A stretch of DNA of 64,000 bases from an uncultured Alphaproteobacteria bacterium (GTDB lineage Bacteria; Pseudomonadota; Alphaproteobacteria; RF32; CAG-239): assembly GCA_910584385.1 (NCBI GenBank), contig CAJUAK010000003.1, forward strand, positions 9,206-73,205, in the 5' to 3' direction. Below, one piece after another: positions 54,803 through 64,000 of this stretch. Every line of letters begins with the position of its first letter. The stretch's first letter is position 1. The notes beneath the pieces were generated by a model. That model had not been told where the DNA came from. It was given only the letters and a program-made list of their open reading frames with translations, and searched no databases. A program made the position numbers and the translations under genes.

Positions 54803-57800
54803 TTATTCCTTTTCTTCTATTTTTTTACCTGAAAATTTTTCGCTCCATGTTTGGAACAACACATAAAGCAGCGGAATGATAATCAATCCCAGAGCTGTTC
54901 CCAACAGCATCCCGTAAAAAACAGGAACGCCGATTGCGATACGGCTGGAAGCGCCCGCGCCGGTTGCCACAATCATCGGCAAAACGCCCAAGATGAAAGT
55001 AAACGCCGTCATCAGCACGGCACGGAACCTTTCTCTGGTTCCGGTTACCGCCGCTTTAATAATTGAAGAGCCGTTTTCCCTTTCTTCTTTGGAAAATTCC
55101 ACAATCAAAATAGCATTCTTTGCAGCCAGACCGACCAGCAAAATCAGCCCGAGCTGTGCATAGATGCTCAACGGCAGCCCAGTTATGAATAAGCCGAACA
55201 AAGCGCCCAACATTGCAACAGAAACAGACGTCAGCACCGGAAGGGGCGTTGCCCAGCTTTCATATTGCGCAACCAGGAACAAATAAGCAAAAATCATCGC
55301 CAGCAAGATAAGATAACCTATCTGCCCGCTGCTTGATTTTTCCTGATAGCTCATGCCGGACCAGTCATAGCTAAAGCCGGAAGGCAGTTTTTCTGAAAGT
55401 TTTTCCAAAGAATCCATGGCCTGCCCCGTACTGGAAGCCGGGCTTTGAACAGCCGTAATCGCAGCGCTCGGATATTGGTTATACCGGGTTACGACACGCG
55501 GAGACAAAACCTTGCGCAGGCTTATCATGCTTCCTAAGGGAACCATTTCGCCATTTTTGTTTTGAACATGCAAATCGCCGATGCTTTCAATATCCTTGCG
55601 GAATTTCCAATCCGCCTGAATCATCACCTTGTTTACCTGAGTTCCGAAGTTGACGTCGTTGACGTAGCTTGATCCCAGATAGTTTTGCAGGACAGAAAAG
55701 ATGCTTCCGACCGAAACGCCCATTGCCTCGGCTTTTTTACGGTCTATATCCACATAGATATTCGGCGTTTTTGCCGTGTAGGTTGTGTAAGCATACATCA
55801 CATCCGGCGACTGGTTAATCTGCAAAAGCATATTCTGGAGAGCCGCATCAATTTTTTGCGGATTGTCCGTGTTTAATGATTGCAGACGGTAATCCATGCC
55901 GCCGCTCATTCCGAGCCCCATAATTGCAGGCGGTTCAAAAAGCTGGACATCAGCTTCCGGCAGGCCGATAACCTTCGCACGGATACGGTTAAGGATATTT
56001 GTAGAATAGTGTTCTTTATCCCGCTCATTCCACGGTTTCAAAGTTACAATCGCCATGGCGACATTTTCTCCGGAACCGCCGATCATGCTCACGCCGCTCA
56101 CGGTCATGATATTGTCAACGCCTTCTTCTTCGCGGATAAGCGGATAAATCTTATCTATAAACTGCTGCGTCCTTACCCGGGTTGCGCCTTCAGGAAGCTG
56201 GATATTGACCATAATAACGCCTTGGTCCTCGCTTGGAATGAAGGATGTTTGGCTGATTTTCAAAAATCCAAACACGCCCAAAAACAGCAAGACCATTACC
56301 AGGAAAATAACGCTTATTTTCCTTCCCAGCAAACCAACCACTGCCGCATATTTATCCCTTGATTTTCCGACCACTTGGTTAAACCAGAAAAGCGGTCCGG
56401 ACTGGCTTGGCTTTAACGGCCTTAATATCGTGGCACACAGGGCCGGCGACAATGTTAAAGCATTTAATGAAGAAAAGGCAACAGAGGTGGAAATCGCCAC
56501 GGCAAACTGCTGATAGATTTTTCCGGTAATTCCGCCCAGGAATCCGACCGGCACAAAAATTGCCAAGAGCACCAAGGTGGTTGCTATAATCGCGCTGGAC
56601 ACCTGTTCCATCGCTTTTATCGTGGCCGCTTTCGGCGCCAGCTTTTCGGTTTCCATCAAAAACAGCACGCGTTCAACCACAACAATCGCATCATCCACAA
56701 CCAAGCCGATTGCAAGCACCAAACCAAACAAAGTCAGCATGTTTAAGCTATAGCCCAACGCCAGCATGACGGCAAACGTCGCAAAGATGGATACGGGAAT
56801 CGTTAAAGTCGGAACCAAAGTTGAGCGCCAATCCTGCAAGAAGACATAACAGACCAAGATAACCAAAACAAAGGTTAAAACCAATGTGAAAACAACTTCT
56901 TCAATAGAGGCGCGAATATATTCGGTTGAATCGTAACCGATAATATAATTCATATCTTCAGGAAATGTTTTTGCCAAACGTTCCATTTCTTTTTTAACCC
57001 CGGCCATAGCGTCCAAAGCGTTTGCGCCGGCTAACTGGTTTATCGCAATGGAAACGTTCGGCGCGTTGTTAAATTTGGAAGTCGCTTTATACATTTCCTC
57101 GCCGATTTCAATGCGCGCAACATCTTTTAAATAAACCAAGCCGCCTTGTGCCGCGGTACGGACGATAATATTTTTAAAATCGTCCACTTCGTTTACGCGC
57201 CCTTGCGTCTGCAATGTGTAAACCATCTGCTGTTCGCCGTCACCCGGCATCGCACCGACGCTTCCCAGAGAAGGCTGATAGTTTTGGCTTTCAATTGCCG
57301 CCTTAATCGTGCTCACCGGCAGATTAAGCGCGGTAATTTTATCCGCGTCCAACCAAACGCGCATACTCAAACGCGATGAATAAACATTCACTTCGCCAAC
57401 GCCGTCAACACGGCTTAAGTTATTTTTAATGTTGTTTTGGACATAGTCCGCAAGTTCCAGTGTTGAGAAAGTGCCATTCGGCGAGCCGATGGTTACAAAG
57501 CCCAAAATATTTGAGGAACGGCTCTTGATTGTCAGCCCTTGGCGCGTTACTTCCGTGGGAAGTTTAGACGTGGCTTGCTGGATACGGTTTTGTACTTTTA
57601 CCTGAGCCATATCCCTGTCAATTCCCACTTTGAAGGTTACTGTCAGCTGGTAGCTGGAGTTTTCCGAAGAGGAACTCATATAAAGCATATCTTCAACGCC
57701 GTTGACCTCTTCTTCCAACGGAATTCCAATCGTTTTGGCCACAACTTCGGCGCTTGCGCCCGGGTATGTTGCGGAAACGACAATCTCCGGCGGCGTGATT

Positions 57801-57913
57801 TCAGGATAAAGGGAAATCGGCAGTGAAAAAACAGAAATAATTCCGGCTAATGTCAACACGATGGAGATTACCATCGCAAAGCGCGGACGTTCAATAAAAA
57901 TCCTAGAGAACAT
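54803..57913 (-). CDS. RND efflux transporter, AcrB/HAE1 family
   Basis: 1036 aa with [25 protein letters not shown] and a 12-TM RND architecture. Confidence 0.93.
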   Translation of the reverse strand: MFSRIFIERPRFAMVISIVLTLAGIISVFSLPISLYPEITPPEIVVSATYPGASAEVVAKTIGIPLEEEVNGVEDMLYMSSSSENSSYQLTVTFKVGIDRDMAQVKVQNRIQQATSKLPTEVTRQGLTIKSRSSNILGFVTIGSPNGTFSTLELADYVQNNIKNNLSRVDGVGEVNVYSSRLSMRVWLDADKITALNLPVSTIKAAIESQNYQPSLGSVGAMPGDGEQQMVYTLQTQGRVNEVDDFKNIIVRTAAQGGLVYLKDVARIEIGEEMYKATSKFNNAPNVSIAINQLAGANALDAMAGVKKEMERLAKTFPEDMNYIIGYDSTEYIRASIEEVVFTLVLTFVLVILVCYVFLQDWRSTLVPTLTIPVSIFATFAVMLALGYSLNMLTLFGLVLAIGLVVDDAIVVVERVLFLMETEKLAPKAATIKAMEQVSSAIIATTLVLLAIFVPVGFLGGITGKIYQQFAVAISTSVAFSSLNALTLSPALCATILRPLKPSQSGPLFWFNQVVGKSRDKYAAVVGLLGRKISVIFLVMVLLFLGVFGFLKISQTSFIPSEDQGVIMVNIQLPEGATRVRTQQFIDKIYPLIREEEGVDNIMTVSGVSMIGGSGENVAMAIVTLKPWNERDKEHYSTNILNRIRAKVIGLPEADVQLFEPPAIMGLGMSGGMDYRLQSLNTDNPQKIDAALQNMLLQINQSPDVMYAYTTYTAKTPNIYVDIDRKKAEAMGVSVGSIFSVLQNYLGSSYVNDVNFGTQVNKVMIQADWKFRKDIESIGDLHVQNKNGEMVPLGSMISLRKVLSPRVVTRYNQYPSAAITAVQSPASSTGQAMDSLEKLSEKLPSGFSYDWSGMSYQEKSSSGQIGYLILLAMIFAYLFLVAQYESWATPLPVLTSVSVAMLGALFGLFITGLPLSIYAQLGLILLVGLAAKNAILIVEFSKEERENGSSIIKAAVTGTRERFRAVLMTAFTFILGVLPMIVATGAGASSRIAIGVPVFYGMLLGTALGLIIIPLLYVLFQTWSEKFSGKKIEEKE

Positions 57914-57916
57914 CTT

Positions 57917-59086
57917 TTATTTTACCTCCGTTTCTTCTGCCAAAACAGCAGAGGCATTTACTTTTTGCCCGTTTCTTACTTTTTGCAGCCCCTGGACAAT
58001 AACTTTGTCATTTGCAGACAAGCCTTCAAGGACAACTTGCTTGTCCCCAATGATTTCGCCTAAAGCGACACGGCGCTGCTCAGCTATTCCCTCATCGGTT
58101 ACAACAACAACATAGTTGCCGTTTTCGTCTTGCGCGACAGATGCCTGAGGCACAAGAAGCGCCATTTTGTCTTCGCCGGTGCCGACCAGTATGTCAACAT
58201 AGTTTCCGGGAATTAGCAAATGATGTTCATTTTGATATTCGGCATAAATGGAAATTGTCGCCGTATCCGAATTAACCTCATTATCCGCAAAACGGGACAA
58301 AAGGTGGTTTACCAAAACTTCGCCATTTGGCAATATGATTTCGGTTTTCAGTTTTCCTTCTTTGCCGTTGCGGAACAGCTTTTGCGCATCCAGCATATCT
58401 TTATCCGTTACGGAAAAGGCAACGCGGATCGGGTTCATTTGAACAATGCGCGCCAGATTGTCCGAATTGGAATTTACATAATTGCCTTCGGTAACGGAGG
58501 CCTTGCCGATGTAACCTGTTATCGGCGCTTTGATTTCCGTATAATCCAAGTCGATTTTGGCAAGGTCCAGATTTGCTTCTGCCTGTTTTACAGCAGCCTG
58601 TGCCTGTAAATAGGCGCTTTCCGCCGTATCATAGGTTGCTTTTGAGGTAATGTTTTGCTTGCTCAAAGACTTCTGGCGGTCGTAATCCCTTTTGGTTTTA
58701 ACCAGATTTGCTTTGGCTGCAGCCAATTCGGCCTGGCGGAGTTCAACAGTTGCCAGATATCTTTTTTGCTCAATAACAAATAAGATATCCCCTTCGTTCA
58801 CCAAGCCGCCTTCCTCAAACAAAACTTTTTCAACATATCCGGTTACCTGCGGTTTGAGGTTAACGCTTTTGATGGCTTCAACATGCCCGATATAGCTCTT
58901 TTTGGGCGCGATGTTCCGCTGTTCCAAATTATCAACCAAAACATAAGGTACGCCGCCGCCCATTGCGCCCATTGCAGGCATGGAAGGCGTCAGGCGCCCT
59001 TTCAAATACCAACCGGCTGCACCGCATAATAAAAAGATTGCAACATTTTTTATAATTGTTCTGTTTTGTACCATACCTACCCGCAT
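57917..59086 (-). CDS. RND periplasmic adaptor (membrane fusion protein, AcrA family)
   Basis: HlyD_D23/biotinyl-lipoyl-like motifs, e.g. V.A...V.L.PQVTGYV..V.F.EG..V..GD.LF.I. Confidence 0.9.
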   Translation of the reverse strand: MRVGMVQNRTIIKNVAIFLLCGAAGWYLKGRLTPSMPAMGAMGGGVPYVLVDNLEQRNIAPKKSYIGHVEAIKSVNLKPQVTGYVEKVLFEEGGLVNEGDILFVIEQKRYLATVELRQAELAAAKANLVKTKRDYDRQKSLSKQNITSKATYDTAESAYLQAQAAVKQAEANLDLAKIDLDYTEIKAPITGYIGKASVTEGNYVNSNSDNLARIVQMNPIRVAFSVTDKDMLDAQKLFRNGKEGKLKTEIILPNGEVLVNHLLSRFADNEVNSDTATISIYAEYQNEHHLLIPGNYVDILVGTGEDKMALLVPQASVAQDENGNYVVVVTDEGIAEQRRVALGEIIGDKQVVLEGLSANDKVIVQGLQKVRNGQKVNASAVLAEETEVK

Positions 59087-59090
59087 TCTT

Positions 59091-59708
59091 TTAATCTCTC
59101 CTCAATCCACTATAAAATATGTCAAACGCGCGTGAAACGACTTCTGAAAAATTTTTAATCCCTTTATTTTCGCCTAATTCCGTATTTAGCAAACCTTTCC
59201 ATAATGAAATTATCATTATAATCGTTTCATCAATATTAACATTTTTCCCAATTTCTCCATTTTTTTGCGCAGAAGTCAATGCTGTTTTTATCATTTGTTC
59301 AGGAAAACTGCATATTTCATGAATGGTTTGGGTAACTTTGGCGATTAAGCCTTCAGACCATTCCATCTGAAATAAAACAAAAAATAAGAATTTTCTGTAT
59401 TGCGAATCGCAGACAACTTCTTTAGCCTCCAGCACAAAAAAATCACGCACCTGGTTAAGCCCCGGATTTGCCGGAAGCTGGCTAAACGAGCGCATTACTT
59501 TTTCTGAAAACATTCGCCGAATCAGTTCAAAAAGCAAATCCGGCTTATTGCGGAAATGCCAATACAAAGCTCCTTTGGTAAGCCCGATATGTTTTGCAAT
59601 ATCGTCAAAAGTCGTCTTTGAATAGCCTTTGGCCGAAAACAAATCCAGCGCGGCATAAATAATGTCGGTTTTGGTTTGTTCGGCCTCTTCTTTTGTTCTT
59701 CTTGCCAT
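59091..59708 (-). CDS. TetR/AcrR-family transcriptional regulator
   Basis: MARRTKEEAEQTKTDIIYAALDLFSAKGYSKTTFDDIAKHIGLTKGALYWHFRNK is a TetR-type HTH. I chose the start at the ATG at 59708. Confidence 0.9.
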   Translation of the reverse strand: MARRTKEEAEQTKTDIIYAALDLFSAKGYSKTTFDDIAKHIGLTKGALYWHFRNKPDLLFELIRRMFSEKVMRSFSQLPANPGLNQVRDFFVLEAKEVVCDSQYRKFLFFVLFQMEWSEGLIAKVTQTIHEICSFPEQMIKTALTSAQKNGEIGKNVNIDETIIMIISLWKGLLNTELGENKGIKNFSEVVSRAFDIFYSGLRRD

Positions 59709-59781
59709 ATTATCCTCAAATATACATTCACGGAGGTATATATTATATTTTTTTGAGGCAGGCAAGAAAAAAATGACTTTA

Positions 59782-60417
59782 TCAGATATTAAAAGATTGG
59801 ATAATTTTCAGGGCGGAGATAATATCCGGCGCAACAAATTCCGCTTCGGAATCTTGTTTATTTCCGTCAATTTGAATGGTTCGCAGACCGCATGATTTTG
59901 CATTTCTGACGGCATCGGGCAAGTCGTCAATCAGCCAGCTGTTTTTAGCATCAAGGTTAAAATATTTGAGGATGCGCTCCACAGACTCTTTTTGCTTTTT
60001 ACAAGTGTAGCCGCCTTCATGCGGTGAGAAGAATCCTGAAAAACAGTTTAAAATCCCCAACCGCGCGCAAACATCTTTTGCATGCCCGACGGAACTGTCG
60101 GTATAAATATATTTTTGTAAGGGGATGGCTTGCAATTGCTTGCATAAATCCGGATCTTCCTGCAGGAAAGACATGTCTATTGCGCAAACATATTCCATAA
60201 ATTCTTTGGGCGACACGCCATATTCTTTAACAATGCCATTTAAATCCGACATTCCTTTTTCATGCCATGTTTCGTGCAGGGCAACCGCCTGCCCTTTATC
60301 CAAATGAAGCTTATATTGAATAAACTCTATAATTTTTTCAATGAATAAAGGCTCGGTATCAAAAGTTACCGGATAAAGCGTATTGTCTACATCTATCAAT
60401 ATGCCGCTTTGTGCCAT
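59782..60417 (-). CDS. HAD-family hydrolase (pyrimidine 5'-nucleotidase-like)
   Basis: ILIDVDNTLY (motif I) and WLIDDLPDAV (motif IV). Confidence 0.7.
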   Translation of the reverse strand: MAQSGILIDVDNTLYPVTFDTEPLFIEKIIEFIQYKLHLDKGQAVALHETWHEKGMSDLNGIVKEYGVSPKEFMEYVCAIDMSFLQEDPDLCKQLQAIPLQKYIYTDSSVGHAKDVCARLGILNCFSGFFSPHEGGYTCKKQKESVERILKYFNLDAKNSWLIDDLPDAVRNAKSCGLRTIQIDGNKQDSEAEFVAPDIISALKIIQSFNI

Positions 60418-60422
60418 TTGCC

Positions 60423-62570
60423 TTATCTTTCTTTCCTGATCGCCGCCACATTTCTGGAAAAAGCCTCCAGGCTTTCAAGCCGTTCAATTTTTTCAGGCAG
60501 CTTCAAACGCCAGTTTGGATGTTTGTCCCGGTCTGTTCCCGGCAGGTTCTGCATTTTATCAACCTGAAGGATGTCTTCAAGCTGTGCCAAAAAGACAGAA
60601 GATGCCGATTTTGCCATGTAACGGTGGACGGCTTCATCAATCCCCTCAGGGTAGCCTTCGCCATACAGGAAGTTTCCGCTTCTTGGGCGGTCTTCCGGCC
60701 AAACACCGCTTTTATCCAACGCACAAAGCAATTTCCAACGGTCATTTTCCCGCTTTTTATACGCACCCTGTTTTTCCTGCTCGGATTTAATCAGCCCCAA
60801 TGCGTGGGATAATTCAATATCATAGCCAAACCACCACATTTTTAAAGGTGCCATATCATGCGTGCCGACAGATGCAAAAGCATAAGGCGCAAAGGCCTCC
60901 GGCGGCATAAAATCTCCCCAGCCGGAATCGTAGCGCTCAGACCATAACACACTTAACGAATAAATGCGCTTTTGGTACAGGCTGTCCAAAAATCCGTCCG
61001 GCACATTGCCTATGCTCTCGCCCACCACAATGCATTTTTGCAGCTGGCTTTCCAGAGCAACCAAGTTTAACATATCTTCCAAATTATAATATATATATGT
61101 TCCGACTTCTTTATCATCGGGAATAATGTAAAGGCGCAACAATCCCATCACGTGGTCTATGCGCAATGCCCCCGCGTGGCTCATATTCGCCCGGAGTATT
61201 TTTATAAACGCCTGATAGGCATCATCTTTCAGGCTCTGCGGATTAAAAGCGCCAAGCCCCCATTTTTGCCCCGCCGGGAAAAAAGCATCCGGAGGCGCAC
61301 CGGCGCCCGCGTTTTCAAAAAACAGCTCCGGACGGCTCCAAACCTCCGCGCTGTCTTGTCCGACCCCGACGGCCAAATCGCGGTAAAAACCTATGGCAAG
61401 CCCTAATTCTTCGCATCTTTTTGCAGCTCTTGCAAACTGCCTTTCCGCTTCAAACTGCAAAAATTTGAAGAAATTAATCCGTTCTGCGTGCTCTTCGCAG
61501 AATTCTTCAATCTCGGGAGAGTAAACATTTTTATATTCTTCCTCCCAACTTCTCCAACTGCTCCATTTCCCCTGGCTTTTGACTTCGCTCAATGCCTGAA
61601 ACGCACAAAGGCAATCCAAATCCTGCCCTTTTTCCTTGCAAAATTTTTCAAAATCTTTACGGCGCTGCGGCGTGCCATATGCCAAAAATCTTTGATAAAG
61701 CTTCTCAAGCACTTTAATTTTTAACGGATACACGCGCCCATAGGCAATTTGTTTCTGCTTACGGATATCTTCCAATTCCGTATTATAGGGCAGTATATCC
61801 TCCAGGCTGAATTCAGGAACAGAAGACACATCAATATAAATCGGATTTAAAAACAGCCTGCTGATGGAGGCATAAGGGCTCGCTTCTTCAGGAAAATTAT
61901 GCTGAAGCACGTTTAACGGATTTAAACCGATGGCATTCGCCCCGCAATTTTTGCATATCCCGACAAAATCGTATAAATCCGAAAAATCTCCGACACCCCA
62001 ATTATGCTCGCTTTGCAGCGCATATAACTGTATGGAGAATCCCCAGAGGCGTCCTTTTTCCAAAGCGGGGTTTTCATAACATGTCTTCGGCGCTACCGCA
62101 ACAACCGTCCGGTATTTTGAATGCCCTATTTTAATCTCAACGTTATAATAACCTATCGGCAGCGGGCTTGTTATGTTAATTTGCAAACGGTTCAGGCGCT
62201 CTTTTCCGATAATGCGGCTTTCGCCGTTATCAATAACATCATAAGAAACATCAAAGGATTTTTTTCCTTCCTGCGCTTTAAATGCCACGTCTATATATTC
62301 TTCTTCAAAACCCGAAGGCACAATTATATCAAAACCGATATTGTTTTCATTGCATACATAAACTGCCTCAACAGCGCGATGCCACCTTTTTTCTTCCAGC
62401 TGGCGCAAAGATTCTGTTACTTCGTCTTCCGTGCAAGTATGGCAGCCAAACTGCCAGGCAAAAAATTTGAGAATATTGTCATCTGCCTTATATTTGCAGC
62501 GTGTCATCCCTGCATCGCAAAATTCTGTGGCTATTCCAAGTTTTTCTGCTAACAAATGCAACTTTTCCAT
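60423..62570 (-). CDS. malQ: 4-alpha-glucanotransferase (amylomaltase, GH77) with an N-terminal extension
   Basis: WGVGDFSDL, SPYASISR, LRIDHVMGL, VGESIGNVP and GTHDM motifs. Confidence 0.92.
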   Translation of the reverse strand: MEKLHLLAEKLGIATEFCDAGMTRCKYKADDNILKFFAWQFGCHTCTEDEVTESLRQLEEKRWHRAVEAVYVCNENNIGFDIIVPSGFEEEYIDVAFKAQEGKKSFDVSYDVIDNGESRIIGKERLNRLQINITSPLPIGYYNVEIKIGHSKYRTVVAVAPKTCYENPALEKGRLWGFSIQLYALQSEHNWGVGDFSDLYDFVGICKNCGANAIGLNPLNVLQHNFPEEASPYASISRLFLNPIYIDVSSVPEFSLEDILPYNTELEDIRKQKQIAYGRVYPLKIKVLEKLYQRFLAYGTPQRRKDFEKFCKEKGQDLDCLCAFQALSEVKSQGKWSSWRSWEEEYKNVYSPEIEEFCEEHAERINFFKFLQFEAERQFARAAKRCEELGLAIGFYRDLAVGVGQDSAEVWSRPELFFENAGAGAPPDAFFPAGQKWGLGAFNPQSLKDDAYQAFIKILRANMSHAGALRIDHVMGLLRLYIIPDDKEVGTYIYYNLEDMLNLVALESQLQKCIVVGESIGNVPDGFLDSLYQKRIYSLSVLWSERYDSGWGDFMPPEAFAPYAFASVGTHDMAPLKMWWFGYDIELSHALGLIKSEQEKQGAYKKRENDRWKLLCALDKSGVWPEDRPRSGNFLYGEGYPEGIDEAVHRYMAKSASSVFLAQLEDILQVDKMQNLPGTDRDKHPNWRLKLPEKIERLESLEAFSRNVAAIRKER

Positions 62571-62582
62571 AAGAATATTCTC

Positions 62583-64000
62583 CTAGTTTTTTACTTCAAA
62601 AGCTTGTACCGACCATGCCGGAACAGTTATTTCCTGCCCTGATTTAACCGTGCCTTCTTCAAATTTTTCAGAGCTGTCAAGAAGCAGTTTCCACGTTCCG
62701 CCCAATGCGGGAAGCTTCCATTTTTTCTCAACATGGTTGGCATTGAAAATGACAAAAGTATAAACGCCATTGTCAAAAGCGGCAAAAGATAAAGAACGGC
62801 GTTCCGCCTCATGCCAATTTTCATTTTTAAATTCCAGCCCTTGTTCCGTATACCATGTCATGTCTTTTATTGTCCCGCTGACGGGTTCACCGGTAAAAAA
62901 TTTAAGGCGGCTGTATATTTTCAGCTTTTTCCTAAGGCCGATAAGTTTTCTGACAAAACGCACAAGCTTTTTATCTTCCTTATCTATGCCCAGCCAATTT
63001 ATCCAGGTAATGACATTATCTTGGCAATAAGGATTATTGTTTCCCTGTTGGCTGTGCCCCAGCTCATCGCCGGCAACAAGCATCGGCGTGCCAAAGGACA
63101 GGAAAAGGCTGGAAAGCATCGCCCTGGAGCGTGCAGTCCGATTTTCAGAAATCAGTTTATTTTCACTTTCCCCTTCCGCACCGGAATTCCAGCTCCAATT
63201 GCTGTCATTGCCGTCCCGGTTTTCTTCGCCATTGCTGTAATTATGCTTAACATTATAACTTACCAGGTCCCGCAGATTAAAACCATCATGCGCCGTGATA
63301 AAATTGATGCTGGTCCAGATATTGCGGTTGTAATGGTTAAAAATATCGCTCGACCCGGCCAAACGGCTTGCCATTTCCGCTGTCTGCCCCTGGTCGCCTT
63401 TCCAAAAACGGCGCAGGACATCCCGGTATTTGTCGTTCCACTCCATCCAGCGCGGCAAGAAACCGCCGACACGGTAACCGCCCATGCCGACATCCCACGC
63501 TTCGGCAATCAGCTTTACATTCTGCAAAACAGGGTCTTGCTGCACGGCATACAGGAAACCGCTTTCCTGAGTGAATTCTGTTTTTTGGCGGGCCAAAGAT
63601 GTCGCCAAGTCAAAACGGAAACCGTCTATATGCATTTCCTGCACCCAGTAGCGCAAAGAATCCATCACCAGTTTTAACACATACGGGTTTTGCAGATTAA
63701 AAGAAGCGCCGCAGCCGGTGCTGTCATAATAATAACGCTTATCTTCCGGCGAGAGCGTATAGTAGCTTTTATTGTCAATGCCCCGATAACACAAAGTCGG
63801 GCCAAGCTGGTTGCCTTCTCCCGTGTGGTTATATACGACATCAAGGATAACTTCTAAACCTTCTTTATGAAAGGCTTTGACCATATCTTTGATTTCCGTA
63901 ATGTCATGGCTGGCCAGATAGGATTGTTCCGGCGCAAAAAAGCTGAAGCTTTCATATCCCCAATAATTGTCTTTCACAAAACCTTTTTTATGCCGGTTTC
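62583..64000 (-). CDS. glgX: Glycogen debranching enzyme GlgX (GH13); the 5' end lies beyond the window
   Basis: NYWGY, VILDVVYNHTGEGN, GFRFDLA, EAWD and ITAHDGF are GH13 motifs. The reading frame stays open upstream of the track start (…NRHKKGFVKDNYWGY) to position 64000. Confidence 0.93.
   Translation of the reverse strand, partial: NRHKKGFVKDNYWGYESFSFFAPEQSYLASHDITEIKDMVKAFHKEGLEVILDVVYNHTGEGNQLGPTLCYRGIDNKSYYTLSPEDKRYYYDSTGCGASFNLQNPYVLKLVMDSLRYWVQEMHIDGFRFDLATSLARQKTEFTQESGFLYAVQQDPVLQNVKLIAEAWDVGMGGYRVGGFLPRWMEWNDKYRDVLRRFWKGDQGQTAEMASRLAGSSDIFNHYNRNIWTSINFITAHDGFNLRDLVSYNVKHNYSNGEENRDGNDSNWSWNSGAEGESENKLISENRTARSRAMLSSLFLSFGTPMLVAGDELGHSQQGNNNPYCQDNVITWINWLGIDKEDKKLVRFVRKLIGLRKKLKIYSRLKFFTGEPVSGTIKDMTWYTEQGLEFKNENWHEAERRSLSFAAFDNGVYTFVIFNANHVEKKWKLPALGGTWKLLLDSSEKFEEGTVKSGQEITVPAWSVQAFEVKN

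Noticed and set aside
62811-63677. 288-aa plus-strand ORF antisense to glgX, and similar long antisense ORFs at 20232-20795, 17197-17739, 15674-16147 and 53413-53886
   Set aside because: All lie opposite genes with strong motif support (GlgX, PBP1A, hydrolase, AsmA-like, MurE). They have low-complexity, Arg/Phe-rich compositions typical of shadow frames.
1-64000. Search by eye for mobile elements, prophage genes, CRISPR arrays, toxin-antitoxin pairs, restriction-modification or other known defence genes, tRNA and rRNA
   Set aside because: I recognised none. Intergenic regions are short and are accounted for by promoters, terminators, tmRNA, the rne leader and the candidate RNA at 7.0-7.25 kb. 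I did not run a formal tRNAscan or Infernal scan.

Overview
This 64-kb window is a gene-dense chromosomal segment from a flagellated Gram-negative bacterium, most likely an alphaproteobacterium. Three things point that way: a permuted two-piece tmRNA with the tag ANDNYAPVAVAA, an SspB-type adaptor gene directly downstream of it, and an RNase E carrying a roughly 200-aa acidic insertion in its S1 region.

Most of the window is recognisable housekeeping:
- Translation and nucleotide metabolism: map, alaS, cysS, gltX, prfB (with its programmed +1 frameshift), dut, folA, rne.
- Envelope and cell wall: mrcA, amiC, murE, MlaC-like and AsmA/YhdP-like proteins.
- An ADP-heptose operon (hldE-gmhA-gmhB).
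- A four-gene aminosugar lipid-A modification operon (GT39, GT2, YdjC deacetylase, GtrA).
- A late flagellar operon (flgI-flgJ-flgN-flgK-flgL).
- A TetR-MFP-RND efflux operon.
- malQ-glgX, and a HydE-like radical-SAM gene.

I saw no transposase, integrase, phage gene, CRISPR array, rRNA or tRNA.

The outstanding feature is a single 7,581-nt gene (38214-45794, minus strand). It encodes a 2,526-aa protein with a signal peptide and about 214 cysteines by my hand count. It is built from two kinds of Cys-patterned modules: eight Cys-Cys doublet modules, then about 21 C-x-C, EGF-like modules. It has its own promoter, overlapped by a perfect 7-3-7 palindrome, and lies just downstream of a bfd-like ferredoxin gene. 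I cannot assign it to any family.

Secondary candidates:
- Two tandem, diverged small-gene cassettes whose non-coding flanks are better conserved than their coding regions (46.3-47.2 kb).
- A promoter-to-terminator structured RNA or leader of about 200 nt upstream of a PEGA-like lipoprotein gene (7.0-7.25 kb).
- An isolated small ORF with strongly atypical C-ending codon usage (4.3-4.6 kb).
- An orphan protein of about 410 aa between mrcA and amiC.

All homology calls come from motif recognition by eye. No searches were run.
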